Positions 23,819 to 33,473 of a stretch of DNA of 38,640 bases are shown piece after piece. The stretch is from Acidobacteriota bacterium (GTDB taxonomy: Bacteria; Acidobacteriota; Holophagae; Holophagales; Holophagaceae): contig JAJYMZ010000160.1 in NCBI GenBank assembly GCA_021786615.1, positions 1 through 38,640 on the forward strand. Reading direction: 5' to 3'. Both the position numbers and the translations under genes were made by a program. Under the pieces are notes generated by a model that worked only from the letters and a program-made list of their open reading frames with translations, searched no databases and was not told where the DNA came from. Position 1 is the first letter of the stretch. Each line of letters starts with the position of its first letter.

Positions 23819-25480
23819 ATGTCCACCGCCATTGAAAATCCCATGATCACAGCACCCCGTGGGACGCATCTGCACTGCAAAGGGTGGGTGCAGGAGGCGG
23901 CGCTGCGGATGCTCATGAACAACCTCGATCCCGAGGTGGCCGAGCGGCCAGAGGATCTCGTGGTGTACGGCGGCCTGGGCAAGGCCGCGCGGAACTGGGA
24001 CTGCTTCCACGCCATCGTGAAGGAGCTGAAGCACCTGGGCGATGACGAGACGCTGCTGGTGCAGAGCGGCAAGCCCGTGGGAGTGGTGAGGACCCATGCG
24101 GACGCGCCGCGCGTGCTCATCGCCAATTCCAATCTCGTACCAAAATGGGCGACCTGGGAGCACTTCCGCGAGCTGGACCAGAAAGGCCTCATGATGTACG
24201 GCCAGATGACCGCCGGAAGCTGGATCTACATTGGCTCTCAGGGCATCCTGCAGGGCACCTACGAGACATTCGCGGAGGCGGCGCGGCAGCATTTCAAGGG
24301 CACTCTCGCAGGCACCTGGACCCTCACGGCGGGCCTGGGCGGCATGGGCGGCGCGCAGCCCCTGGCGGTGACCATGAACGGTGGCGTGTGCCTGGCCATC
24401 GAGGTGGATCGAAGCCGCATCGAAAAACGCATCCAGACCCGCTACCTGGATGAATGGACCGACAATCTGGAGACGGCCCTGGACCTTGTCCAGACCTACG
24501 TGGATGCCAAGGAGGCCCGCAGCATCGGCTTGCTGGGCAACGCGGCGGAACTGCTGCCGCAGATCCTGAAGCGCGGCTTCGTCCCGAACCTGGTGACGGA
24601 CCAGACCTCGGCCCACGACGAATACAACGGCTACATCCCCGCGGGGCTTTCATTGGAACAGGCCGCGGAGCTTCGCGCGTCCGACCCGAAGACCTACGTG
24701 GAGCGCGCGCTCCAATCCATGCGCACCCATGTGGAAGCCATGCTGGCCTTCCAGACACTCGGCAGTGTGACTTTCGATTACGGCAACAATATCCGGGCTC
24801 AGGCCCAGCGGGCGGGGCTTGAAAACGCTTTCGATTTTCCAGGCTTCGTGCCGGCTTTCATCCGTCCTCTTTTCTGCAAGGGCATCGGCCCCTTCCGCTG
24901 GGTGGCGCTGAGCGGCGATCCCGAAGACATCGCCGTCACCGACGCCGCGATGATTGAACTGTTCCCTGAGAATGAAGGCATGATCCGATGGCTGAAGGCC
25001 GCCAAGGAAAAGGTGGCTTTCCAGGGCCTGCCGGCCCGCATCTGCTGGATCGGCGCGGGGGAGAGGCATCTGGCGGGCCTGAAGTTCAACGAGCTGGTAC
25101 GGACCGGTAAAGTCAAGGCGCCCATCGTCATTGGCCGGGATCATCTCGATAGCGGCAGTGTCGCTTCACCCAACCGCGAGACTGAAGCCATGAAGGACGG
25201 CAGCGACGCCGTGAGCGACTGGCCCTTCCTGAACGCCATGACCAGCGTGGCGGGTGGCGCCTCCTGGGTGAGCATCCACCACGGCGGCGGCGTGGGCATG
25301 GGTTACAGCCAGCACGCGGGCCTGGTCATCGTCGCCGATGGCACCGAGCGCGCGGACCGGTGCATCACGCGCGTGCTCTGGAATGATCCCGCCACTGGCG
25401 TCTTCAGGCACGCGGATGCAGGATACGAGGAAGCCCTTGAACACGCGGAGAAGACCGGGCTGCACATTCCGATGGCGTGA
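23819..25480 (+). CDS. hutU: urocanate hydratase
   Basis: [41 protein letters not shown]..., [10 protein letters not shown], and a C-terminal HADAGYE. ATG 23819 has a GGAG Shine-Dalgarno and gives a canonical length; the upstream part of the 23330 ORF is spurious. Confidence 0.95.
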   Translation: MSTAIENPMITAPRGTHLHCKGWVQEAALRMLMNNLDPEVAERPEDLVVYGGLGKAARNWDCFHAIVKELKHLGDDETLLVQSGKPVGVVRTHADAPRVLIANSNLVPKWATWEHFRELDQKGLMMYGQMTAGSWIYIGSQGILQGTYETFAEAARQHFKGTLAGTWTLTAGLGGMGGAQPLAVTMNGGVCLAIEVDRSRIEKRIQTRYLDEWTDNLETALDLVQTYVDAKEARSIGLLGNAAELLPQILKRGFVPNLVTDQTSAHDEYNGYIPAGLSLEQAAELRASDPKTYVERALQSMRTHVEAMLAFQTLGSVTFDYGNNIRAQAQRAGLENAFDFPGFVPAFIRPLFCKGIGPFRWVALSGDPEDIAVTDAAMIELFPENEGMIRWLKAAKEKVAFQGLPARICWIGAGERHLAGLKFNELVRTGKVKAPIVIGRDHLDSGSVASPNRETEAMKDGSDAVSDWPFLNAMTSVAGGASWVSIHHGGGVGMGYSQHAGLVIVADGTERADRCITRVLWNDPATGVFRHADAGYEEALEHAEKTGLHIPMA

Positions 25481-25514
25481 TACATGACGAATCCTGCCCA
25501 GGGTCAATTTTAAT

Positions 25515-26045
25515 CTAGGTGCCGGGGGCTTGGCTGGGCAGCGACTTCCATGCCTTCTCCGCGCCCGGTGTCAGCTCATTCATATGCTTGAGGAAGAGTG
25601 TGATCTGCCAAATCTGCGTCTCTTTCAGCGTTGCGCGGTAGGACGGCATGCCCGTCATCCGGATGCCGTGGTAGATCTTCCAGTAAGTCACACCTTCCTC
25701 GTCGTCGGTCACTGGGCGCTTGGCCAGCTGAGGCGCATGCTGGTAGAGGCCAGTGGCGATGTTCGACGGTGCGCCGTCGGCCGCGCCATGGCATACCACG
25801 CAGTTGGCGGCGTACAGCTTGACGCCGGCGATCAGATTCACATCGCTCATCGCGACGGGGTTCGGGATTTTCGGTGCCTCGCGCGCGATCGTGGCATGCA
25901 AGGATTTGCGCGCCGCCCAGCTTTCCAATCGCGGTGGTTTGGCGTCCGCATTGGCGGGCATGAGGCCCATCACGACGCACAGGTAGGCCCCGAGCAGTCC
26001 CAATACCAGGGTGGCGAGGACACCGGTGGCAATTCCTTTGAACAT
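25515..26045 (-). CDS. membrane-anchored monohaem c-type cytochrome
   Basis: N-terminal TM helix, a single CVVCHG, and a distal MTGMPSY Met-ligand region. Confidence 0.75.
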   Translation of the reverse strand: MFKGIATGVLATLVLGLLGAYLCVVMGLMPANADAKPPRLESWAARKSLHATIAREAPKIPNPVAMSDVNLIAGVKLYAANCVVCHGAADGAPSNIATGLYQHAPQLAKRPVTDDEEGVTYWKIYHGIRMTGMPSYRATLKETQIWQITLFLKHMNELTPGAEKAWKSLPSQAPGT

Positions 26046-26077
26046 AGTGCGAATCTATCGGTGATCGGGAGTGTTCG

Positions 26078-26767
26078 TCAACCACCGCCCCCAAGAGCCA
26101 GTAACGTCACAACTTCATCATCCGTCGTCTGCTCGAAGTTGGCATAGAACTGCCCCACGGCGCTGAACCAGGGCGGTTGCATGAGGCACACGGTCTCGTC
26201 TACTTCTTCCGCCACCCGGGCCAGCGTGTCCGGCGGCGCGACGGGGATTGCGAGCACCAGGCGCGCGGGAAGAGCCCGCTGGAGGGCCTGGAGAGCCGCC
26301 TGGGCCGTGATGCCCGTGGCGAGGCCGTCATCCACCAGGATCACGGTGCGGCCCTTGATCTCGAGTGCGGGTCGGGTTCCGCGACAAAGGGCAAGACGGC
26401 GCCGGGCCTCCCTTTCCTGCTCCTCCACCTCGCTGTGCATTCGGGCTTCTGTCAGCCCCAATTCGTGCAGCAGGGCATGATTCCAGACCACCTCAGGCCG
26501 GTCGAGCAGGACGAGCGCGCCTACGCCCAGCTCTTTCTGGAAGGGGGCGCCGATCTTGCGGACCACGACAATATCCAGGGGTGCGTTCAGGGCCCTGGCC
26601 ACTTCCGCGGCCACGGGCACGCCTCCGCGGGGAAGGGCCAATACGATGGGAGACGTGTTCTTCAGATGCAGGAGAGCCTTTGCGAGGAGCCGCCCAGCCT
26701 GCTGCCGGTCACGGAAGCGACCTGATGGAAGGCTGCTTTCAAAAGGGATGCCCGTCATGGCCCGCAC
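26078..26767 (-). CDS. phosphoribosyltransferase-family protein
   Basis: PRPP-binding loop VILVDDGLATGIT. An earlier LALPRGGVPVA motif is present. Confidence 0.78.
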   Translation of the reverse strand: MRAMTGIPFESSLPSGRFRDRQQAGRLLAKALLHLKNTSPIVLALPRGGVPVAAEVARALNAPLDIVVVRKIGAPFQKELGVGALVLLDRPEVVWNHALLHELGLTEARMHSEVEEQEREARRRLALCRGTRPALEIKGRTVILVDDGLATGITAQAALQALQRALPARLVLAIPVAPPDTLARVAEEVDETVCLMQPPWFSAVGQFYANFEQTTDDEVVTLLALGGGG

Positions 26768-26918
26768 CGACTTACTTCTCTAAATTACGGCCACTTGGCC
26801 AATCCGCCACCGTGATGGCGAAGTCATTTTGCTCGACGATTTACCTTCATAACAAGGACGTCAGGCGTAGGAACCCTGCGGCCCGCCTACTCTTGGATCG
26901 CCTACCGCAACGGGGAGA

Positions 26919-27575
26919 TCAATGGTGAGAGGCGGGGAAGAAATCGAGGATGAGGGTGGTCAGCCGCGCCGACTGACTGGTCGCGAAAATATTCTGTGCG
27001 TGCGCGCTCCCATCCAACAGCTCGAGGCGTTTGGGTTCGGGCGCCCGTGCGAACTGCCCCTTCACGGAAGGAGCCAACGGCTCGTCCCGGCTGGCTACGA
27101 ACAAGTAACGACCGGCCTTCATTGCCCCGGGATTCGGGATTGCCACCGCCGACAACAACATGAGGCGATCTATCTCGCCAGGTTTGGCGGCCACGGCCGC
27201 CCGCGCGGCGGCACCGCCGCCCATGCTGGCACCGAGCACCCCGACCGTGGTGGCCCCGTGGGCGCGGGCATAGCGGACCGCCGCCAGCACATCTTGGAAT
27301 AGTGCCCTGTCCTGCCGCCCACCCGTAGACTTGCCATATCCCCGGAAGTCTATGGCCAGGACAAAGTGCCCCTGTCCAGCGAGGGTCTTCGCCAGCGGTT
27401 TCCAGCTTCCCTTGTCGAACGCCGCCCCATGGGCCAGGACCACGGCGTCGGTGCCCTGTCCGTAGACATCAGCGACGATGCTGGCGCCATCGGCAGCCTC
27501 AAACGACACCTCCCGCGGCGGCGACGCTTGGACAAGGGAAAAGAGCACCCAAAGAGTCGTCGCCCACATTGCCAT
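26919..27575 (-). CDS. secreted alpha/beta hydrolase (dienelactone-hydrolase-like)
   Basis: Signal peptide, VLAHGAAFDKGSW, nucleophile elbow GASMGG, and a C-terminal GSAHAQ. Confidence 0.72.
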   Translation of the reverse strand: MAMWATTLWVLFSLVQASPPREVSFEAADGASIVADVYGQGTDAVVLAHGAAFDKGSWKPLAKTLAGQGHFVLAIDFRGYGKSTGGRQDRALFQDVLAAVRYARAHGATTVGVLGASMGGGAAARAAVAAKPGEIDRLMLLSAVAIPNPGAMKAGRYLFVASRDEPLAPSVKGQFARAPEPKRLELLDGSAHAQNIFATSQSARLTTLILDFFPASHH

Positions 27576-27753
27576 GAGTCACCTTCTCATATTGCAGTCT
27601 AGGGCAGACTGTGGACTGCTTCCAAGCAGCGATCTATTTCACCCAATACGAAATGTTTTTACTGGGACAATTTTGCCTGCATGTTCAAACATTCATCCGT
27701 CATTTTTCTTTTCTGGACCCTATCTTGGTGCACCCCGAACGAGGGGGGCACAC

Positions 27754-28371
27754 ATGAACACCACCATGCTGGGCCTGAAACCCCACCCGGAAGCTTCTCG
27801 AGAAAAGGCTCGGGTCACCGAGGTGCGGGGCCCGAACGTAGTCCAGCTTCACCGAGTGGTGTTGAAGCACGGCGGCGAGAAGGCCTGGAATGACCTCTTG
27901 TCCCAGGTGTCCCAACCCTGTCGGCAGGAATTCGAGAAACCCCTTGGTCTCTATGATTGGGTAAAGGAGCGCCATTTCACTGAATTGAGCCAGGCCTACA
28001 TCCGCTGGTCCGGCCGCCACGATGCCAGCAAGGCCGGCGAGGCGGCGGCCCAGGAAGAATTCACTACCTTGCATCGCTGGATGCTCAGGATGATGACGCC
28101 TGGTTTTCTGTTCGCCAGCATGCCCAAATTCTTTTCCTTCTACACCCGAGGCGGCTGCGTGGTGGTGGACGAATCAGGCCCCGGCTATGCGCAAATCAGC
28201 GTGTGGGTTGATGGTTTTTTCCCGGAGTGGTTTTCACCAGGTCTCAGCAGCTGGACCCAGAGAGCCCTGGAACTCACTGGGGCCAAGGGTGTGTTCGTCG
28301 AATACCAGGCGCCTGCGGGTACCGGTCTTGAGTCGTGCCGCCATGTCTACAGGTTGAGCTGGCAGGCCTGA
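27754..28371 (+). CDS. hypothetical protein (possibly DUF2378/TIGR02265-like; unverified recollection)
   Basis: 205-aa ORF from ATG 27754, downstream of an AT-richer promoter-like region. It has coding-like composition but no motif I can name with certainty. Confidence 0.45.
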   Translation: MNTTMLGLKPHPEASREKARVTEVRGPNVVQLHRVVLKHGGEKAWNDLLSQVSQPCRQEFEKPLGLYDWVKERHFTELSQAYIRWSGRHDASKAGEAAAQEEFTTLHRWMLRMMTPGFLFASMPKFFSFYTRGGCVVVDESGPGYAQISVWVDGFFPEWFSPGLSSWTQRALELTGAKGVFVEYQAPAGTGLESCRHVYRLSWQA

Positions 28372-28392
28372 AAGATCCGTTAGAATCTAACT

Positions 28393-28788
28393 ATGTCCCG
28401 ACCTTGTCCCTGTACCTCCAAGCTCACTTATGACCGCTGCTGCCAGCCTTTCATTGATGGCAAGAAGGCCGCGGAAACCGCTGCCATGCTCATGCGCAGC
28501 CGCTTCTGCGCCTACGCGCTGGGGAAGGTTGATTATTTATTGAAGACCACCGCGGAAAGCGAGAGAGCCAAGCTCAACCGCGATGAACTGATCCACTACT
28601 GCCGCACCATCCGTTGCGTCTCCCTCAAGATCCTTTCGGCGGAGCTGGGCGGCCCCGGGGATGAAACCGGCACCGTGAAGTTCCACGCCAGCCTTCAAGT
28701 GCAAGGCAAGCGCCAGCTCCACAGCGAGCTGAGCCGTTTCGTGCGGGAAGCGGGCGCCTGGGTCTACGTGGATGGGGACACGAACTGA
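28393..28788 (+). CDS. YchJ-family (UPF0225) SEC-C-motif protein
   Basis: N-terminal CPCTSKLTYDRCC (SEC-C-type metal motif) and RSRFCAYA, with an NTF2-like remainder. Confidence 0.78.
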   Translation: MSRPCPCTSKLTYDRCCQPFIDGKKAAETAAMLMRSRFCAYALGKVDYLLKTTAESERAKLNRDELIHYCRTIRCVSLKILSAELGGPGDETGTVKFHASLQVQGKRQLHSELSRFVREAGAWVYVDGDTN

Positions 28789-28806
28789 ATCACCCACGCA
28801 TCCCGT

Positions 28807-29823
28807 TCAAGCCAATTCACGGTTGATGCGACCCACCAGGCCTGGGCCCTCGAAGATCAGGGCGGAATAGATCTGGGCCAGCACAGCCCCCTCTTTCAGG
28901 GCTGCGGCCACCTCCTCTGGCGAACTGAGGCCGCCGCAGGCGATCAAGGGCAGGCGTCCCCGCAAAGTTTGCAACAGTCTTGCGCGCACGGACCGGGCCT
29001 TGACCGCGAGGCCCCGGCCGGAAAGTCCGCCCTGTCCCCAAGCCTGGACCTTGTTGTGGTTCAGGGCGCTTACGATGCTGCGATCCAGGGTCGTGTTGGT
29101 GGCGATGAGGCCTGAGATGCCAGAGGCAACGGCGACTTCCACGATGCCATCGAGCTCCTCGAAAGCCTGGTCTGGTGCCAGCTTGAGGAGCAGGGGCTGC
29201 GCTTCCAATCCCATTTCCCTGCGCGCTGCGAGCATCCCATCCAGCAATGGCCCCAGGGCCTTGGGCGCCTGGAGGTTCCTCAGCCCCGGCGTATTGGGGC
29301 TACTGACGTTGAGGGCGATGTAGTCCACCTGCGGCGCGATGAACCGGTAAGCCGCAACGTAGTCTTCAAGGGCATTTTCTTCAGGCGTGGCCTTATTCTT
29401 GCCAAGATTGCCGCCCACGATGAGGCCCCTGGGGCGCTCTTTCAAACGCGCGGCCACGACTTCAGCGCCTTCGCTGTTGAAACCCATGCGGTTCAGGATG
29501 ATGCCTTCAGAAGGCAGGCGGAAAAGCCGTGGGCGCGGGTTCCCGGGCTGGGGGCGGGGCGTGACGGTGCCGATTTCCACGTGGCCGAAACCCATGGATT
29601 TCCATAGAGGCAGAAGCCTGGCCCCCTTGTCGAGACCCGCCGCCAGCCCCAGGGGGGATGGAAAACGCAGGCCAAAGGCCTCCACCGCAAGGCCGGGGCC
29701 CAGCTTTGGATCAGGCAGGGGAAACCGCTGTGCCAGACCTCCGGCCCAGAACGCCAGATCATGCGCCCGCTCTGGGTCGAACGAGAAGAGCAGGGGGCGG
29801 ATAAGGCGGTAGAGATTAGGCAT
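28807..29823 (-). CDS. pyrD: dihydroorotate dehydrogenase (quinone), class 2
   Basis: Colinear with E. coli PyrD: LIRPLLFSFDPERAH, GLAAGLDK, GFGHVEIGTVTPRPQPGNPRPRLFRL, NRMGFN, NVSSPNTPGLR, IATNTT, GGLSG. Start moved to ATG 29823. Confidence 0.93.
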   Translation of the reverse strand: MPNLYRLIRPLLFSFDPERAHDLAFWAGGLAQRFPLPDPKLGPGLAVEAFGLRFPSPLGLAAGLDKGARLLPLWKSMGFGHVEIGTVTPRPQPGNPRPRLFRLPSEGIILNRMGFNSEGAEVVAARLKERPRGLIVGGNLGKNKATPEENALEDYVAAYRFIAPQVDYIALNVSSPNTPGLRNLQAPKALGPLLDGMLAARREMGLEAQPLLLKLAPDQAFEELDGIVEVAVASGISGLIATNTTLDRSIVSALNHNKVQAWGQGGLSGRGLAVKARSVRARLLQTLRGRLPLIACGGLSSPEEVAAALKEGAVLAQIYSALIFEGPGLVGRINRELA

Positions 29824-30245
29824 CAGTGCTTGGGGGCAGCCGGTGCAGCCTTGGCCACCACCGTCACCGTCGCGGTATCCGCGACACCCGGATGATCCTC
29901 CCGCTGCGCCTTCACGTGGAAGGTACCGGGCGTTGAAGGCGCGGTGTAGAGGCCGGTATGCGTGATTTCGCCGCCACCGGCTTCCACCACGGTCCACGTC
30001 ACGGGCTGGCGGGGGTAGCGGGGGCCATCGGGCTCGTAGTTGATCAAGGCGCTGAAGCTTTGGGTGGCGCCGGGAGCCAGGGTCACGGCTTTGGGACTGA
30101 TGGAGAGGGTGGGCTTGAAGGCGACGGCGTGGTCGCTTTGGAGGCGGCCCATGGCCGCGCGGCCCTTCCGGCCAGGAGGATTGAGGTCCCCGCCGGCGCA
30201 GGCCATCAGCGGGATCGCAAGAAACAGGACCGGCAGGATTTCCAT
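29823..30245 (-). CDS. lipoprotein with bacterial Ig-like (Big_2-type) domain
   Basis: Lipobox IPLMAC. SISPKAVTLAPGATQSF...GLYTAPSTPGTFHV. Its TGA shares one nucleotide with the pyrD ATG (29823). Confidence 0.5.
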   Translation of the reverse strand: MEILPVLFLAIPLMACAGGDLNPPGRKGRAAMGRLQSDHAVAFKPTLSISPKAVTLAPGATQSFSALINYEPDGPRYPRQPVTWTVVEAGGGEITHTGLYTAPSTPGTFHVKAQREDHPGVADTATVTVVAKAAPAAPKH

Positions 30246-30249
30246 GATT

Positions 30250-30909
30250 TCATACCTCCATCTCACGCACATCGAGCATCACCAGGGGGGGCTCGGTCTT
30301 GGCCTGGACTTCCTCTTGAGTCACGCCTGGAGCGACTTCCACCAGGCGCAGGCCTTCCCGGCCTGGCACCACATCAATGACCGCCAGCTCCGTGATGATG
30401 CGATCCACGCAGCGTGTGCCCGTCAGCGGCAGGCTGCATCTGCGGAGGATCTTCGGCTCCCCGTGCTTGCTGGTGTGTTCCATGACCACCACCACGCGCT
30501 TGGCCGCGGCCACGAGATCCATGGCGCCGCCCATGCCCTTGATCATTTTCCCTGGGATCATCCAGTTGGCGAGATTGCCTTCGATGTCCACCTGCATGGC
30601 CCCCAGGATGCTCAAGTCAATCTTGCCGCCGCGGATCATGGCGAAGCTTTCGGCGCTGCTGAAAAAACAAGCGCCAGGGGCTGCGGTGACGGTCTGCTTG
30701 CCTGCGTTGATGAGATCCGCGTCCACTTCCTCCGCCGTGGGGAAGGGCCCCATGCCCAGCAATCCGTTTTCACTCTGCAGGACCACTTCCATGCCTTCGG
30801 GGATGGCGCCCGCTACCAGCGTGGGAATGCCAATGCCGAGGTTGACGTAAAATCCATCCCGCAGTTCACGGGCTGCGCGGCGGACGAGCTGGTCGCGGGT
30901 CAGGGCCAT
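30250..30909 (-). CDS. scoB: 3-oxoacid CoA-transferase, subunit B
   Basis: [42 protein letters not shown], and VVMEHT..G.PKIL..CSLPLTG. Start trimmed to ATG 30909. Confidence 0.88.
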   Translation of the reverse strand: MALTRDQLVRRAARELRDGFYVNLGIGIPTLVAGAIPEGMEVVLQSENGLLGMGPFPTAEEVDADLINAGKQTVTAAPGACFFSSAESFAMIRGGKIDLSILGAMQVDIEGNLANWMIPGKMIKGMGGAMDLVAAAKRVVVVMEHTSKHGEPKILRRCSLPLTGTRCVDRIITELAVIDVVPGREGLRLVEVAPGVTQEEVQAKTEPPLVMLDVREMEV

Positions 30910-31047
30910 GGATGCTCCAGTGGTACCGTTCCAGCATACCGGAGGGGCTGAAATCGCGCCCCAGGACAGATGGCCGGATCCGGCCAGACCCTTCCTGAGC
31001 CTCTCGCGATGAGGGCCATCGCCCAAGAAAGCAGGGGCGATCCTGTT

Positions 31048-31449
31048 TCACTCCGGCTTGCGCTCCAGGGTCCGCAGGTACAGCACCACCTGGTTGATCT
31101 GCGCATCGGTCAGGGTGTGGCCCCAGGGAGGCATCAAGGGGGAAAGGCCTACACCCGCGCCGCCGCGGCGGATGGCATCAGCCAGTTCTGCGTCGGTCTT
31201 TTTCTTTTGAAAAGCCGGATCAGAATAGTCGCGCGGATGAGGATCGAGGTTGAAGGCGTTGAACCCGTCCCCCGCGCCGCTCTCGCCATGGCAGAGCATG
31301 CAGTAGTGCTGATAAGTGTCCTTTCCAAGCCGCAGTTCATAACTGAGAGGCGCGGCCCCGGCGGTTGCGGCGAGTTTGACTTCCTTGGTTTTCTTGGAAC
31401 ACCCCGCCAGTAAGACCAGCCCCAGGGCTACGATGAGCGTACGATTCAT
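31048..31449 (-). CDS. monohaem class-I cytochrome c lipoprotein
   Basis: Lipobox LLAGC, a single CMLCHG, and LMPPW as the Met-ligand region. ATGA overlap with the upstream gene. Confidence 0.8.
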   Translation of the reverse strand: MNRTLIVALGLVLLAGCSKKTKEVKLAATAGAAPLSYELRLGKDTYQHYCMLCHGESGAGDGFNAFNLDPHPRDYSDPAFQKKKTDAELADAIRRGGAGVGLSPLMPPWGHTLTDAQINQVVLYLRTLERKPE

Positions 31450-33473
31450 CCCTTGCCTCCGCTCGATTTCTGGGCGCCCGGGGCCCGAAGGGTTTCAAGG
31501 TAGGCCGTGATCCGCAGCGCATCGGTATCGGTGAGCCCGTAGTTGGGGCATCGCACGTCGGCGCGCCAGGCCTGGGGATCTTTAAGCCACTTGAATACCC
31601 AGCCCGGCTTGAGCCGCGTGGATGTATCCGTGAGCGGGGGGCCGTAGTATCCACCGGATGGGCCGATGATATGGCAGGCCCGGCAGCCATTCGCCACGTA
31701 TAGGCGCTGGCCTTCGGAAGCATTTTGGTCCGAGGCCGGGCGGCCCGCGAAGGGATCTTCCGGGATGGCCGGATTGACGTAGAAGCTCTCGATGGCGTCC
31801 GCCAGCTTCTCCGCCTCATCCTTCGGGATGCGAAAAATCGGCATGCGCTCTTCGAGAATGGGGCGGATGGTGAAGGAGAGCATCAGGTAATTGACCAGCC
31901 AATCGCGCTTGACCTTGCTGCCTTCGAAGGTGAGCGGCGCCGTTGAGATGTCCCCTCCCTGGGTTCCGATCTGATGGCAGGACAAGCAGCGGTATTGTTG
32001 GACCAGCTGGCCGATGGCGCCGCCTGGAATGGGCGCGGAGGTGCCATGGGAAACGGGATGGTAGGCTTCTGGCACGGGTTTGGAGCCGAGGGATAGCAAG
32101 GCGGTGACGATGGCCTGCACGTCCTCGTTCTTGAACCCATAGTTGGGCATCTTGAGCCCGGCGCTGAAGGAACGCGGGTCCATGAGCTTGGCGGCGGTCC
32201 AGGCGGGAAGCGTCCTGGCGAGATCCGTCCTCCGGCCGAAATCCAGCGAGGCGGCGCGCTTGTCGCCAAGGCCGTTGAGGTCCGGCCCGAATTTCTCCTT
32301 GATTGTGCCCTGGGCAGGATCGTGGCAGGCGAAGCATCCGAGGCCTCGAAAGGCTTTCGCGCCCTTTTCAGCCAGGGTCTGGTTGACGTGCAGCGGGTCC
32401 AAGATTCCCTCAGGCGCATCGAAGTCCTTGAGCTCAGTCTCGAAGTAGGCGACCAGATCGCGCGATTCCGAATCCGAGAAGTGATATCTGGGCATCCGGG
32501 TTTCAGGCGAAAAAGCATGGGGGTCGCGGATGAAGGCCAGGAGCCAGCCGCGGGAGGCCATGGAGGCTACTTTGGAGAGTTCCGGGGCCGAACCATTGCC
32601 CTTGCCTTCGACGGTATGGCAGGTAATGCATCTCGATTCGGAGAAGATTTTCTTGCCGGAGACCGCATCGCCCGGTGCCTCTTGAGAGGCCGCCGCCACC
32701 TTGGCCGCCAGTTCCGGGTTCACGGGCCTGGAGAACAAATAATGGGTCAATTCCTCGATTTGCTGGGTGTCCAGCTGGAAATTAGGCATTGAAGAATTCG
32801 GATCCATGGCCCGGGGGTTTTTCAGCCATTGGCGCACCCACTCCCCGCCAGTCTTGACGGCCACTGAGTTGAGGGGCGGCGCCTCCGAACGGAACTGCTC
32901 ATGGCCCCGCACCGAGTGGCAGGCATAGCAACCCGCCTTGGTGATCAGGGCCCGGCCCCGGGAGAGGAGCGCTGCCTGGGGCACAGCTTCGGAAGTGTGG
33001 CACCGGCCACACCCAGCCTCGATGTTTGCCAGCGGCGTGAGGGGCGAACTGGAATCGGCGGTGGTCCCATGGGCGTCCCCGCGAACCGTGGCAAGGCCCT
33101 CGCCGCTGTGGCAGGAAGTACATCCCATTCGATCAGAATCGCCGGGCGTGTGGGCCGTCCAAGGATGCAGGCGATGGGGTTCGGGTGCGTTGGCCATGGC
33201 AGGATCCGCGACGCCCTGGTGGCAGGTAGTGCAGCGGTCCACACGGTTGCCGAAGTCACGCAACCAGATCTGGCTGATGGCCACGGGGCGGTTCTGGTAG
33301 GTCTTTGCATCCTTCAGGCTGTGAGCCCGGCTGGCTCCGAGTTTCCGGAACTGCTCCTGGATGGAACGGTACTCCCGGAAATAGTTCTTGGCGGGTGAAA
33401 TGGCCAATGTGAACAGGAATGCCACGCTCGTGATGGCGAAGACCCGGCGGAGCCGGAATGAATCGGTTTTCAT
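31446..33473 (-). CDS. membrane-anchored octahaem cytochrome c (3 clustered haems + 5 class-I-like modules)
   Basis: Start at ATG 33473 (ATGA overlap). One N-terminal TM helix. Eight CXXCH motifs: CTTCH, CTSCH, CGRCH, CYACH, CITCH, CFACH, CLSCH, CRACH. Confidence 0.85.
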   Translation of the reverse strand: MKTDSFRLRRVFAITSVAFLFTLAISPAKNYFREYRSIQEQFRKLGASRAHSLKDAKTYQNRPVAISQIWLRDFGNRVDRCTTCHQGVADPAMANAPEPHRLHPWTAHTPGDSDRMGCTSCHSGEGLATVRGDAHGTTADSSSPLTPLANIEAGCGRCHTSEAVPQAALLSRGRALITKAGCYACHSVRGHEQFRSEAPPLNSVAVKTGGEWVRQWLKNPRAMDPNSSMPNFQLDTQQIEELTHYLFSRPVNPELAAKVAAASQEAPGDAVSGKKIFSESRCITCHTVEGKGNGSAPELSKVASMASRGWLLAFIRDPHAFSPETRMPRYHFSDSESRDLVAYFETELKDFDAPEGILDPLHVNQTLAEKGAKAFRGLGCFACHDPAQGTIKEKFGPDLNGLGDKRAASLDFGRRTDLARTLPAWTAAKLMDPRSFSAGLKMPNYGFKNEDVQAIVTALLSLGSKPVPEAYHPVSHGTSAPIPGGAIGQLVQQYRCLSCHQIGTQGGDISTAPLTFEGSKVKRDWLVNYLMLSFTIRPILEERMPIFRIPKDEAEKLADAIESFYVNPAIPEDPFAGRPASDQNASEGQRLYVANGCRACHIIGPSGGYYGPPLTDTSTRLKPGWVFKWLKDPQAWRADVRCPNYGLTDTDALRITAYLETLRAPGAQKSSGGKG

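Noticed and set aside
23819-25480. hutU without adjacent hutH/hutI/hutG.
   Set aside because: Hut genes are frequently dispersed. Nothing in the sequence itself is unusual, and the gene looks intact and canonical.
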